Under the pieces are notes generated by a model, which made no database searches, was not told the DNA's origin, and saw only the letters and a list, made by a program, of their open reading frames with translations. A stretch of DNA of 64,000 nucleotides, from assembly GCA_030390025.1 (NCBI GenBank), contig CM059425.1:161822001-161886000 (forward strand), written 5' to 3'. Source of the stretch: Squalus acanthias. Taxonomy: Eukaryota. A program made the translations under genes and the position numbers. Of the stretch, positions 26,927 to 39,542 are shown piece after piece. How positions within the stretch are numbered: the first letter of the stretch is position 1; every line of letters starts with the position of its first letter.

Positions 26927-29045
26927 TACAAATTATTATGAAGAGGAAAATATAGCCCTCTGTTGGAGCAAAAAGCAAACTTTCCCCTGAATTTGACCTA
27001 TTCTACTACTCACCCGAAGTACTTGATGCATTGCTTACAAAAAGTAGAAAACCATATCATTCTTCAGCCCCAGCATTCCTCACAATTATAAATTCATCTT
27101 CCCCACTAAAACAACTATAAAATTAAATTCTAAAAATTAAAATCAAATAGATGCACAAACATTTCAATTTATTACTGCTTTAATTTATTTTATTTCATGA
27201 GATGTACTGCGTTTGATTACACTTTTTTAATATTTGTATTCTGTGAAGTATAAGAAAGATTTTTATTTAACTATACAATTTTATAGGGTTATTTGACCGA
27301 ACATTTTTACCACTTCTTTCCCATCTGTATCTGCTTTCCCACTCTAAGCCAATTTTTCACTCCTACTTCACGTACGGAAAACCTGCAGCATTTTGCCTGT
27401 TGACCTCTTTGCTTCAACCCTTATATTTTTTGGGAATCTCCTGTCATATGTAGTGTTCTATTACTCCGTGAACTTTTCTTTCATGAATATAATTACAAGA
27501 TAGTTGGCTTGGCTTGGCTTTTGCTAATTAAAACATATAAATTACTTTCTCCACGTAATATTACAATTGCAAATGCTTTTTAATTGATCACTCAGAACAC
27601 CACAGTAATATAATGGATTTGAACTAAGCAGCAATATTGGTAAAACTCATTAGTACTGCTTCAACATGCATCATAATTGGTATACAAAAATGGTATTGAG
27701 CATATGCTCTGTTAGCAATAATAAAACCTGGGCTATAACTGTAACTTATAGTGCTGCCAGCATAAGAGTTTTGAAATATTAGAATATCCAGAGAGTTACT
27801 TAAGCTAATTGTATCAACCCCCAGTAATTGGCTAAATTGGTGTTTTTAGTTTACGTGAGGTAATCATCTGAGACTGTATTAAACCTTGATAAGAATGCCC
27901 AGATTGGCATTAACAACATTTAAAAGTATTCTTACAGCTTACATTGCACTTTCAGCATGGTAATAATTGGCCAGAAAAAATTACCAATGCTTTGAATTTT
28001 TGCCCCAGAAATGCAAACCTTACACTGTTATTCTGCACTACCTTTTAGTAATGACTATACTCTTCTGACTATTTTTGTTTTTCCTGAACCACCACACATT
28101 TAGACTGTAGTTAACATCCAAGTCATGCAGATTGGAATTGACTCTCAATTATCCAGAGTCTTTTTCTGGAGATGACATTCCAAATGCAGCTGAGATAAAA
28201 TACATCAAGGTTTAAAATGGGTCCGTTCAGCCCCACTGCCACTTCATCAAGGAACAATATAATTCACTGATGTCTCGGCCTAGCCTAACATATGTTCTAT
28301 TCACAGCCTGCGTCACTCTTCATTTGTAATTATTTCTTTTTTACTCTGTCTTGTAATGCTTTGCCTGGTTGAAGATAAATATCAAAAGGCTGGAGAGTAT
28401 GACAGTGTGATGACCTGTTCCAGGGTGTTAACCCCCTGTCAAGGTTTCATTTTCATACAGGATACTGATGACAGTACATCAATTCAAGCATCATGTCTTG
28501 AATTAGAGTTTATTAATTATCACTTGGGTGCAGTATGCTTGAAGGAATACCATTCCATTTAGAAAAGGAAACAGATAGAATAATGTAAAAAAAAATCTTA
28601 TTCCGTCTGTTTGTTTATGAATGTAGATATTTATTCTCACTGCCCTTGAAGTTTCTATTTATGATCCAGCATTTATTTCAACTTGTATTAACAACTGGAA
28701 AACAAAATGATGTGAACTCAAGTGTTGCATCTATCTGGTGTCCTTTTGCTTTTAATGTATTTGAAATGTTTTACTCATTGTCAATATAAGTGAGTGACCT
28801 AAACAATAAGTAATATGAGCAAAACAATGCAAGCAATATTTATTGTTAGTAGCTTTAACATACAATTTTTGTGCAACATTAATGTTAATGGTCACCTGAA
28901 GAACAGATTTGACTGAGCTTGTAATAGCCATTTACTTTCAATACAAAGTTAAAAGAATTTGTGTATCCCACCGATACACAATAATTAGCAGATAAGAAGA
29001 CCTTCATGTAACAAAAATGTTTTTTGGCAAGCAACAGAAACAATA

Positions 29046-29148
29046 GTCTTTATTTTCTGACCAGTGTTATTTTAACACTAATGATAACCATTTATTTTAA
29101 ATGAATGAACACAGATGTAAAAATAACACTGGTTTGAAAATCTAGGCC
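29046..29148. mobile_element. Degenerate mini-MITE hairpin
   Basis: accagtgttatttt ... aaaataacactggt inverted repeat. Confidence 0.55.
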
Positions 29149-29335
29149 AAAATGTTGACATCCATGGCCAGTCATGTCTAAACCTTTGACGAACTCTGAA
29201 TTAATGTGACTAGAAAATGATTAAACAATGGAATACAGTGTCTTCAGATTATTTGGTCATTATCACAATGCTGTTTGTGCTGCCTTGCTGAGCGCAAATT
29301 GGCTGCTGTGTTTCCTACATTATAACAGTGACTAC

Positions 29336-29908
29336 GGGGGCGATTTTCCCACTGGAGGCGAGATGGAGGCGGGTTTCGGTTTGGGTGGGTTTGAAACCTG
29401 CCTCCACTGATAGTTTGCAAAAAATTGCGATTTTCCCCTGATTGGTCACTTGATTTCAGAGGTGTGGGATGCCCTTGGTCAATTAGTGTTTTGGGACTGA
29501 AACCCGCCTCTGCTGACATCACTTTTCCAGTCTGATTTTATGGCTTCTTGCTGCCTTGGCTCATTGCACAGGATTTCTGCCTATGCTGCACCACCTGCTA
29601 CATATTCTGAGAAACCACTGGGAGTGATTTTCTCAATGGGAAGCTTTTGGAGGCAGGACTCCCACTTGTCGGGTTTCAGTCCTGCCTCCATCAGCTTCTG
29701 GCCAACCAGTGGGATTTTCCCCTGATTGACCTTGTTAAGCCCGCCTCCTTGTCCCTTTACAGGCCCAGACATGTTTTTAAAATGCCAAAACTAGGTTTTT
29801 GGTCTTAAATTCCTTAGGTTAGGCCCAAATGCATTTTTATCACTCTGAGGTAGTTCCAAAGTCCTTTTTCCTTAGGTTTTGGAGATCTGCAAATTTTGGA
29901 AACCTTAC
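29336..29908 (+). mobile_element. Two stacked Harbinger left ends (29336-29619 and 29620-29908) with no right ends
   Basis: 29336-29619 closely matches 55444-55725; a second TIR gggagtgattttc starts at 29620. Confidence 0.75.
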
Positions 29909-31399
29909 ATCCCTACTACCCTTCTTGAACAATGCTGCTACGTTAGCTGTTCTCCAGTCCTCTGGCACCTCCCCTGTGGCCAGAGAGGTTCTGAAAATTT
30001 GTGTCAGAACCCCTGCAATCTCCTCCCTTGCCTCACACAGCAGCCTGGGATACATCCCGTCAGGGCCTGGGGATTTATCCACTTTTAAGCACGCTAAAAC
30101 CGCTAGTACCTCCTCCCTCTCAATACTAATTTGTTCAAGTATATCACAATCCCCCTGCCTGATTTCTATGCTGACATCACCCTTCTCCATACTGAACACA
30201 GATGCAAAATATTCATTTAAAACCTCACCTACATCTTCCGGCACTACACACAGATTGCCACTTTGGTCCCTAATGGGCCCTACTCTTTCCTTGGTTATCC
30301 TCTTGCCCTTAATATACTTATAAAACACCTTGGGATTTTCCTTTATTTTGCCCGCCAGTGTTTTTTCATGCCCCCTCTTCGCTCTCCTAATTTCTTTTTT
30401 AAGTACCCCCTTGCACTTTCTATACTCCTCTAGGGCTTCCACTGTTTTTAGTCCTTTGTATCTGCCAAAAGCCTCCCTTTTTTTCCTAATCCATTCTTGT
30501 ATATCCCTTGACATCCAGGGTTTCCTGGGCTTGTTGGTCCCACCCTTGACCTTTACGGGAACATGCTGCCGTTGTACTCTCTCTATTTCCTTTCTGAAAG
30601 ACTCCCATTGCTCTGATCTGGATTTTCCTACAAGTAGCTGATCCCAGTCCATTTTGGTCAGATCCTGCCTTATCATATTAAAATCGGCCTTCCCCCAATT
30701 TAGAACCTTTATTTCCGGTCCATCTTTGTCCTTTTCCATGACTACCTTAAATCTCACCGAATTATGGTCACTGTCACCAAAATGCTCTCCTACTGACACA
30801 TTTACCACTTGCCCGGCTACATTCCCTAGAATTAGGTTCAGTACCGCCCCCTCTCTTGTAGGACTTTCTACATGCTGGCTCAAAAAGCTCTCCTGGATGC
30901 ACTTTAAGAATTCCGCACTCTCTAAGCCTTTCACACTCTGACTATCCCAGTTAATATTGGGGAAGCTGAAATCCCCTACTATTATTACCCTATTATTTCT
31001 ACACTTCTCTGAGATTTGCCTATATATCTGTTCCTCTATCTCCCCCTGACTGTTTGGGGGCCTATAGTACACTCCCAGCAAAGTGCTTGCCCCCTTTTTG
31101 TTTTTAAGTTCTACCCATGTGGCCTCATTAGAGGAACCTGCTAAGATATCATCCCTCCTTACAGCAGTAATTGACTCCTTGATTAATATTGCGACACCCC
31201 CTCCTCTTTTACACCCCCCTCTGTCTCGCCTGAAGATTCTATACCCCAGAATATTGAGCTGCCAGTCCTGCCCCTCCCTCAACCATGTCTCTGTGATAGC
31301 AACAATATCATACTTCCATGTGTTCATCAACACCTTCAATTCATCTGCCTTACTCGCAAGACTCCTTGCATTAAAATAAATGCCATCCAGCCTTGCCAT
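29840..31399 (-). CDS. CR1 ORF2 N-terminal half: AP endonuclease, linker and RT start, reading through into MITE sequence (519 aa)
   Basis: YFNARSL, AITETWL, GGGVA, YRPPN, SDHN, KSPGPDG; uninterrupted ORF. Confidence 0.8.
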   Translation of the reverse strand: MARLDGIYFNARSLASKADELKVLMNTWKYDIVAITETWLREGQDWQLNILGYRIFRRDRGGCKRGGGVAILIKESITAVRRDDILAGSSNEATWVELKNKKGASTLLGVYYRPPNSQGEIEEQIYRQISEKCRNNRVIIVGDFSFPNINWDSQSVKGLESAEFLKCIQESFLSQHVESPTREGAVLNLILGNVAGQVVNVSVGEHFGDSDHNSVRFKVVMEKDKDGPEIKVLNWGKADFNMIRQDLTKMDWDQLLVGKSRSEQWESFRKEIERVQRQHVPVKVKGGTNKPRKPWMSRDIQEWIRKKREAFGRYKGLKTVEALEEYRKCKGVLKKEIRRAKRGHEKTLAGKIKENPKVFYKYIKGKRITKERVGPIRDQSGNLCVVPEDVGEVLNEYFASVFSMEKGDVSIEIRQGDCDILEQISIEREEVLAVLACLKVDKSPGPDGMYPRLLCEAREEIAGVLTQIFRTSLATGEVPEDWRTANVAALFKKGSRDVRFPKFADLQNLRKKDFGTTSE

Positions 31400-31518
31400 A
31401 CTCCCTTGTGCCGTTACATATTTGCTCTGCCTTCCAGACTGACTTGTTTTTTCCTCTATATTTGGCTGTGCATCACCCCCTACTATAGCTCCACTCCGTA
31501 TCCCATCCCCCTGCCAAG

Positions 31519-32469
31519 TTAGTTTAAACCCCCCCCAACAGTACTAGCAAACCTCCCCGCAAGGATGTTGGTCCCGTTCCAGGTCAGGTGCAACCCGTCC
31601 GACTTGTACAGGTCCCACCTTCCCCAGAAGCAGACCCAGTGATCCAGGAAACTAAAGCCCTCCCTCCTGCACCAATTTTTTAGCCACGCATTCATCTGCT
31701 CTATCCTCCTAATCCTATACTCAGTAGCACGTGGCACCGGGAGTAATCCAGAGATTACAACCTTTGAGGTCCTGCTTTTTAATCTGCTACCTAGCTCCCT
31801 AAATTCTTCTTGCAGGACCTCATCCCTCTTGCTACCCATGTCGTTGGTACCAATGTGAACCACGACCTCTGACTGTTCGCCCTCCCCCTTCAGAATGCCC
31901 TGCAGCCGTTCAGTGACATCCTTGACCCTGGCACCAGGGAGGCAACATACCATCCTGGAGTCACGTCTGCGGCCACAGAAACGTCTATCTGTTCCCCTTA
32001 CGATAGAATCCCCGATCACTATTGCTCTCCCACTCTTTTTCCTCCCTTCCTGTGCAGCTGAGCCACTCGTAGTACCACGGACTTGGCTCTTGCTGCATTC
32101 CCCTGAGAAACCATCTCCCCCAGCAGTATCCAAAACAGAAAATCTGTTGGAGAGGGAGATGGACCCAGGGGACTCCTGCACTACATTCCTAGTTCTTTTA
32201 CTCTGTCTGGCGGTCACCCATTTCCTGTCTGCCTGTGGACTCTTTACCTGCGGTGTGACCACCTCGTTAAACGCGCTATCCACAAAGATCTCAGCTTCGC
32301 GGATGCTCCACAGTGACTCCAGCCGCAGCTCCAGCTCCGAAACGCGGATTTCAAGTAGCTACAACTGTAGACACTTCCTGCACATGTGTTCGCCCTGGAC
32401 ACCTAAAGTGTCCCTGACTTCCCACATAGCACAGGAGGAGCACTCCACGCTGCCGAGCTGCCCTGCCAT
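31519..32469 (-). pseudogene. CR1 ORF1: zinc finger/leucine zipper plus SGNH esterase, one in-frame stop
   Basis: MAGQLGSVECSSCAMWE...CRKCLQL*LLE; IGDSIVR, HIGTND, DGLHL. Confidence 0.85.
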
Positions 32470-32761
32470 GTCCTACCCTTAATTTACTCCCTTTACTTCC
32501 TTTAAATTAAAGAATATTACATACACTAGGACCTTGCTTCACTTTACACACTATTTACTCTAAACTAGAGACCTTACTTTGACTTTAACGACTGGACTGT
32601 AGAAATACTCACCAGGTCCTACTTACCAATCAGCTCCTTCCCTGGTTGTGACGTCACTTTATCGGTTTCGCAGTTGTTGTTGTTTGACTGTTCCCACCAT
32701 CGGACTCTTTCCTTGGCGTAAAGAACCAATTCCCAACTCGCAGCACTCTGTTTAAACCGCA

Positions 32762-33012
32762 CTCAGTCTCTGCGCTCGGTCTCCACCCAGGGCCGCTCTC
32801 GCTGCCTCTGCTGCCGGTGGGTCTGGGCCGCCCTCTCTCTCTGCCCGCTCGTTAAATCCTCGGTCTCTGCGCTCAGTCTCCACCCAGGGCCGCTCTTGCT
32901 GCTGCCGCCGGTGAGTCTGGGCCGCTCTCTCTTTCTCCCCGCTCTTTAAATCCTCGGTCTCTGCGCTCAGTCTTCACCCAGGGCCGCTCTCGCTGCTGCC
33001 GCCGGTGAGTCT
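32762..33012. repeat. About 2.7 tandem copies of a ~95 bp GC/CpG-rich monomer
   Basis: ctcggtctctgcgctcagtctccacccagggccgctctcgctgctgccgccggtgagtctg repeated three times. Confidence 0.85.
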
Positions 33013-33560
33013 GAGATGTGAGATGTAGCAGAGCTTGTTCTCCAATCGTCTTGGATCCCCTTACCATTGGACCAACACTTTGTTCTGTCAAGCCCGTGTG
33101 GTAGCTGGTGTGCAACGGCCACCACACGATAGAAGAATTCACGCATAGGCATCTTCCACCCTTTAAAAAATGAAGTTCGGGACCTGGAACGACAGGACCC
33201 TCATGGATAACCCCAACAGCGACAGACCGGAACACCGTACTGCTATCGTTGCCCGGTAGCTCAGACGTTTCGACATAGACATCGCCACCCTAAGCGAGAC
33301 CCAGCGGGCAGGGGAAGGCCAGCTCAAGGAGCAAGGCGGTGGTTACACCTTCTTCTGGGTAGGCAAACCTGAAGAACAACGCCGCCTCCATGGGGTAGGC
33401 GTCGCCATAAAAAATGAGCTAGTTGGGCGTCTCAGAGACTCCCCTTGCGGAATAAATGAATGCCTCATGACTCTTCGGCTCACCCTAGCCCGGAAACAGT
33501 GCGCTACGGTCATCAGTGCGTACGCCCCAACACTGGAAGCCACAAATGGGACCAAAAGAG

Positions 33561-35743
33561 AACTTAAACAAAAGTCATTACAAGGGTATGAAGGCAGACT
33601 TGGTTAAAGTGGACTGGGAAAATATATTACAGGGTAAGACTGTAGAAAAGCAGTGGCAAACATTTAAGGAGATATTTCATAACTCTCAGCAAAGATATAT
33701 TCCAGTGAGAAAGAAAGACTCTAAGAGAAGGATGAACTATCCGTGGCTAACTAAGGAAGTAAAGGATGGTATCAAATTGAAAACAAAAGCATACAATGTT
33801 GCGAAGAATAGTGAAAGGCCAGAGGATTGGGACATTTTTAAAAAGCAGCAAAGGACGACTAAAAAAATTATAGAGAGAAGATAGCAAGAAATATAAAAAC
33901 AGACAGTAAGAGCTTCTACAGCTATATAAAAAGGAAGAGAGTAGCTAAAGTAAACGTTGGTCCCCTGGAGGATGAGTCTGGGTAATTAATCATGGGAAAC
34001 AGGGAAATGGCGGACAAATATTTTGTATCGGTCTTCACGGTAGGAGACACTAAAAGCATCCCAATAATGGATAATCAAGGGGCTATTGGGGTGGGGGGTG
34101 GGGGGGAACTTAAAACAATCACTATACTAGAGAGAAAATACAAGGCAAACTAATGGGACTAAAGGTGGACAAGACCCCTGGACCCGATGGCGTGCATCCT
34201 AGAGTCTTAAAAGAGGTGGCTGCAGAGATAGTGGATGCATTGGTTGTAATCTACCAAAATTCCCTGGATTCTGGAGAGGTCCCAGCGGACTGGAAAACCG
34301 CAAATGCAATGCCCCTATTTAAGAAAGGAGGGAGACAGAAAGCAGGCAACTATCGACCAGTTAGCCTGACATCTGTCATTGGGAAAATGCTGGAGTCCAT
34401 CATTAAGGAAGTGACAGCAGGACATTTAGAAAATCATAATATAGTCAAGCATGGTTTTATGAAAGAGAAATCATGTTTGACAAATTTGTTGGAGTTCTTT
34501 GAGGATGTAACGAGCAGGGTGGATAAAGGGGAACCAGTAGATGTCATGTATTTGGAATTCCAGAAAGCATTCGATAAGGTGCCACATAAAAGGTTACTAA
34601 ACAAGATACGAGCTCACGGGGTTGGGGGTAATATATTAGCATGGATAGAGGATTGGCTAACTAACAGAAAACAGAGGATTGGGATAAATGGGTCATTTTC
34701 AGGTTGGCAAACTGTAACTAGTGGGGGGCCGCAGGGATCAGTGCTGGGGCCACAACTATTTACAATCTATATTAATGACTTGGATGAAGGGTCTGAGTGT
34801 AATGTAGCCAAATTTGCTGATGATACAAAGATAGGTGGGAAAGCAAATTGTGTGGAGGATGCAAAGAATCTCCAAAGGGATATAGATAGGCTAAGTGAGT
34901 GGGCAAAAATCTGGCAGATGGAGTTTAATGTGGGAAAATGCAAGGTTATCCACTTTGGTAGGAAAAATAAAAAAGCAAATTATTATTTAAATGGGGAGAG
35001 GTTACAAAATGCTGAGGTACAGAAGGATCTGGGGGTCCTTGTACATGAATCACAAAAAGTTAGCATGCAGGTACAGCAATTAATTAGGAAGGCAAATGGA
35101 GTGTTGGCCTTTATTGCAAAGAGAATGGAGTATAAAAGTAGTCCTGTTACAAGTGTACAGGGCGTTGGTGAGACCACACTTGGAGTACTGCGTACAGTTT
35201 TGGTCTCCTTATTTAAGGAAGGATATACTTGCATTGGAGGCAGTTCAGAGAAGGTTCACGAGGTTGATTCTGGAGATGAAGGGGTTATCTTATGAAGAAA
35301 GGTTGAGCAGGTTGGGCCTATACTCATTGGAGTTTAGAAGAATGAGAGGGGATCTGATTGAAACATATAATATTCTGAAGGGGCATGATAAGGTAGACGC
35401 AGAGAGGATGTTTCCCCTCGTGGGGGAATCTAGAACTGGGGGCATAATTTCAGAATAAGGGGACACCCTTTTAAATCGGAAATGAAGAGGAATTTCTTCT
35501 TCCAGAGGGTCATGAATCTTTGGAATTCTCTTCCCCAGAGAGCTGTGGAGGCTGGGTCATTGAATATATTTAAGGTGAAGACAGACAGATTTTTGAACGA
35601 TAAGGGAGTCAAGGGTTATGGGAAGCGGGCAGGGAAGTGGAGTTGAGACCAAGATCAGATAAGCCATGATCTTATTGAATGGTGGAGCAGGCTCGAGGGG
35701 CCAAATGACCTACTCCTGCGCCTACGTCTTATGTTCTTATGTT
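33561..35743 (+). mobile_element. 5'-truncated CR1 LINE nested in the RTE
   Basis: RT ORF 34153-35295; (tcttatgt)n tail; approximate TSD caaagag. Confidence 0.93.
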
Positions 35744-36649
35744 CAAAGAGGAATTCTACTCCAGCCTCAAACAATCCCTGTCCCGAGTCCCAACGGGCGA
35801 CAAGCTGATCCTCCTTGGCGACTTTAAAGCCAGAGTTGGAAAGGACACAGACCTCTGGGGAGGTGTGATCGGCAGAGAGGGGGTAGGGAAAGCCAACTCC
35901 AACGGCACCCTCCTCCTGACGAAATGCTGAGAACATGGCCTTGTCATAACCAACATCTTGTTCCGTCAAAGAGACAACTACAAGGCTTCATGGCAACACC
36001 CTCGCTCCAAGCACTGGCATCTGCTGGACTACGTCATCGTCCGACCGAGGGAGCGCAAGGACGTCCGCATCACCTGCGCTACGACAGGAGCTGACGACTG
36101 CTGGACAGACCACCGCCTAATCCGCTCTGTCATCTCCATCAACGTAGCCCCAAAACAGCAGCGGCAGCAGAAACAATGCCGCAGGAAAATCAACGCTGGA
36201 GCACTCACAGACCCTGCTAAGAAAGCCCTATTCAGCCTGCGCCTCACAACCAACCTGATGACTCCCAGTGATTCAGAGACACAGAGGGGGAAAAATTAGG
36301 TCGCGCCCCATTTGGGGCGCAAATATCGTCTGGACGCAAATATTAGCGCTTGGCGCTAATTATCGGCACTGACTGGAAACTTCACTTTTACCGCCCCGGG
36401 AGGTGAGTGGAGCGCTAAATCAGGCGCTGCACACCTGTCTTAAGGCGCAAAGGCCGAGCAGTGAGGCGCTAACTCAGCGCGCGAGCGCAGCGCAGCTGCT
36501 GCCAGTTAGCGAGGGAACACAGACACACTGGCGCCGGCCACTTCTTAAAGCGGGGGGGGGGGGGGCAACTTGCTCCCCAGCCACACCCTGCTCATTGCAG
36601 CCTTGAATCTCGGCCTGGAGAGACCTGTGAATCCATTTTGCTGCCAAGG

Positions 36650-38471
36650 ATGGAGAGGGTGAGAGAACGCGCTCATCGCTTCACCGAGCGGGCCTTGGAT
36701 GCTCTGGTTGGCGCGGTGGAGCGCAGAAGATGTATGCTCTTCCCTGAGAGTGGCAGGAGGCCTTTGCCACGCGAGTTCAGAAGAGTGTGGAGGGAGGTGG
36801 CTCAGAGCGTCTCCTCCAGGAGCATGGTGCCCAGGACCCATACTCAATGCCGCAAAAAGTTCAACGACCTCACTAAGGTCGTCAGGGTGAGTGGCTTTTT
36901 CTCAATACCTCTCCATCCCTCCATCTCAACCTCACTCTATGGCCAGAGGGTCTTAAAACCCCAATGCACAACACTCATCCAACACCTATGGCCCTTTCAT
37001 GAAACACACACACACATTCCACACTTTGCATACAGTAAGGGCTATTCACCTATGGGAGGCACATCAGGCAAGACCATGGCTGCATACAGTAAGGGCTATT
37101 CACCTATGGGAGGCACATCAGGCAAGACCATGGCTGTATATTTACTCAGATGCTGTCCTTTTTCTTACAGGCCAAGCTGGCGCATAATCGGAGACAGCAG
37201 CAACGGACAGGTGGAGGGCGGCCTCAGCTGCAACCCCTCAGCGATCTGGAGGAGCGCGTCCACAGGATTGTGGCAAGCCGGGTGATCGGTCCCATCGCCA
37301 CTGGAGACGCCGACCACGTTCTGGGCAGCAATGGTAAGGTCATCACCTTTTTGTCCTCTGTCCTTCCACTTGTCCCTCACAACACCAGCCTTTGACACTT
37401 TCAATCCAACTTGCTAACTCGCTGCACTTATTCCTCCCTTACTGCCACCCTGTCCTCACGCTAAAGCCACTCTTGTACCTCCCTGCTTTCAGATGGTGAT
37501 TCACCAGCTGAGGAGACGGGCCTTCAAGCTGCCACTGGGAGTGATGCTGCAGCTGAGGAGGAAGAGGAAGCCGTTGCATCAGTGCCACCCTCTCCCGAGG
37601 AAGCCCATGCCCACACTGGGAACACGCCTTCCCTGGAGGGGAGCAGGGGGGAAGGGTCTGATGAGGGTGAAGCTCCAGGACCCAGCGGGCTGCAGCAACG
37701 CCATGGGGGGGTAGGGAAGAACGGGGGCCTTCTCCCCAGAGGGAGAGTATGCCAGACACTCCTACTGCAATGGACGCAGAGGAGGAGCGGCTGATCGCAG
37801 AAATGAACACCCAGGCGGTGGGCATGCACACTGAGCTCATGGGTGCAGTGGGAAGGGTGCCCGAATGCATTAAGTCACTGGCAAGGAGTGTGGAGCACTT
37901 CGCTGTAGCACAGGCGGATGCCACACTAACGCTTAGTGCTGCAATTCAGTCACTGGCTGCCGTGATCCCATCTCTGACTGCTCTCATACAGACTGAGATT
38001 GAGGCCACGCGAGCACAGACTGCTGCCAACCTCGATGGTTCGTGCACATGTCCCCGGGGCTGTCACCGCGCCGCAGCAGGCCAGCAATCTGTTCTCCGGC
38101 AGATTGCTCCGGATGCTGAAGTGCTGCCCCGTGGGAGTGCCAGTGTGTCGGGCGAGCAGGGAGTTGCTGTCCTCTCTCACGATGACAGCATTCCTGCTGC
38201 CAACACTGTCACTTCTCCACTGCACTTGCCACCGCCTGTAGGACAGACTGCTGCCGCCCATGCAGAGTTGGTGCAGTCTGCAGCCGGGCCCTCCAGGCCC
38301 AGAAGTGGTCGAGGCCGTCCTTCAGGGGCATCTGCAGTGTCAGGGTCTGACGAGCAGCAGCCTTCCACCAGCCTTGCTGCAGCCACTGAGGTCCCATTAC
38401 GGAGGAGCAGTAGGGTTAGAAGGGGGGAAGTGGGCAAGGGAAGGAGATCACCCTCGAAGGGCAAAAAGTAG
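36650..38471 (+). CDS. Harbinger Myb/SANT-like DNA-binding protein; exons 36650-36886, 37171-37333, 37493-38471; one frameshift in the G7 run at 37705-37711
   Basis: MERVRERAHRFTERALDALV...W.EVAQSVSS..RTHTQCRKKFNDL; canonical GT-AG introns with compatible phases; one extra G would give about 459 aa. Confidence 0.8.
37027..37134. repeat. Exact 54-bp tandem duplication in Myb intron 1
   Basis: tgcatacagtaagggctattcacctatgggaggcacatcaggcaagaccatggc occurs twice. Confidence 0.9.
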
Positions 38472-38765
38472 GAGGTGTGACAAAATGCTGGTCATTTTTT
38501 TATTAAAGGTCGAGGTTCATGGTCCAACTTTTGTTTAGTGTTTTGGACATTATCTCCAGGTTGTGAGAACCAGTTATGTTATTGACTGTTTTTTTGTGTT
38601 TATTTCTATGAGTTTGTCATGAGGAATTGACACACACAGAGTTTGTAAAATAAATAAGTTTCTGTATTCAAAATATACATGGTTGGTGGTTGGAATTATT
38701 GGTGCCTTGGCCGGCTTAGGGGTTGCGTGCTGGGTTCATTAATGTTGTTAGCAATGGCAGGGGCC

Positions 38766-39542
38766 CTAGAAGCGGCTTGCTATTAGCCGTTGACGGACGG
38801 CCCTTGCAGTTTGACCATTGTGGGCCACCCTCCCGCCTTGGTGCTGCTGATGATCATCCTCCTCGTCCTCTTCCTCCTCAGGATACTGGGCATTGACAGC
38901 GAGTATCAGCTGTCTGTGGTCACAGACCAACTGAACATTCAAGGAATGGAACCCCTTTCTGTTCCGGAATTCCTCGGCATTCTCATGCGGAGCACGCAAA
39001 GCCACATGCGTGCAGTCAATGGCGCCCTGCACCATGGGGAAGCCCGCTACCCTCGCAAAGCCCAGAGCGCGGTCACGCTGCTTGTCTGGGGTCATGGGGA
39101 AAGAGATGAACTCTCGTCTCCTTTTAAAGAGGGCATTTGTGACCTGCCGGATGCAGCAATGCACCGCGAACTGGGAGATATTGGCGAGGTCCCCAGCAGC
39201 AGCTTGAAATGAGCCAGTAGCGTAAAAGTTGAGAGCCACTGTGACCTTCACTGCCACCGACAGAGACGTCCTGGACCTCAGTTGAGGCTGCAGATCTGGC
39301 TGCAGCAGGTGGCAGAGCTCAGTGACCACCTCCTTGCTGAATCGCAGCCTTCGCAAACACAGCTCCTCAGACATATGGATGTAGGAGAGCTGTTCACGAT
39401 ATACCCTGGGAGGGTAAGCTCTCCTGTACAGACGCCTGTTGGCCCTCCTCCGTCTGGCCATCATTGCCACTCTCTCTCTGCGTCTCTGTATCCTCCGATT
39501 CAGCTGGAGCAGGACGACGCCCCCAATCAGTGCAGCCCCCAT
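38766..39542 (-). pseudogene. Harbinger (HARBI1-like) DDE transposase with an in-frame internal deletion
   Basis: KVTVALNFYATGS, GAIDCTH, NRKGFHSLNVQLVCD; jumps from AQYP directly to the acidic C-terminus, so the GDxGY and catalytic Glu regions are absent. Confidence 0.9.

Larger units (their letters stand above)
29909..33012 (-). mobile_element. CR1 LINE with intact 5' half (5' UTR, ORF1, ORF2 endonuclease), 3'-truncated
   Basis: ORF1 and ORF2 as listed separately; sequence stops just before the RT core at ...LFKKGSRD. Confidence 0.92.

Noticed and set aside
28407..28468. C/D box snoRNA-like GTGATGA...CTGA spacing
   Set aside because: No terminal stem, no clear C'/D' boxes and no rRNA-complementary guide that I can recognise
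31895..32482. 195-aa plus-strand ORF
   Set aside because: Antisense shadow of CR1 ORF1
32762..33012. CRISPR-like repeat array
   Set aside because: Contiguous tandem units without unique spacers, eukaryotic context and no cas genes
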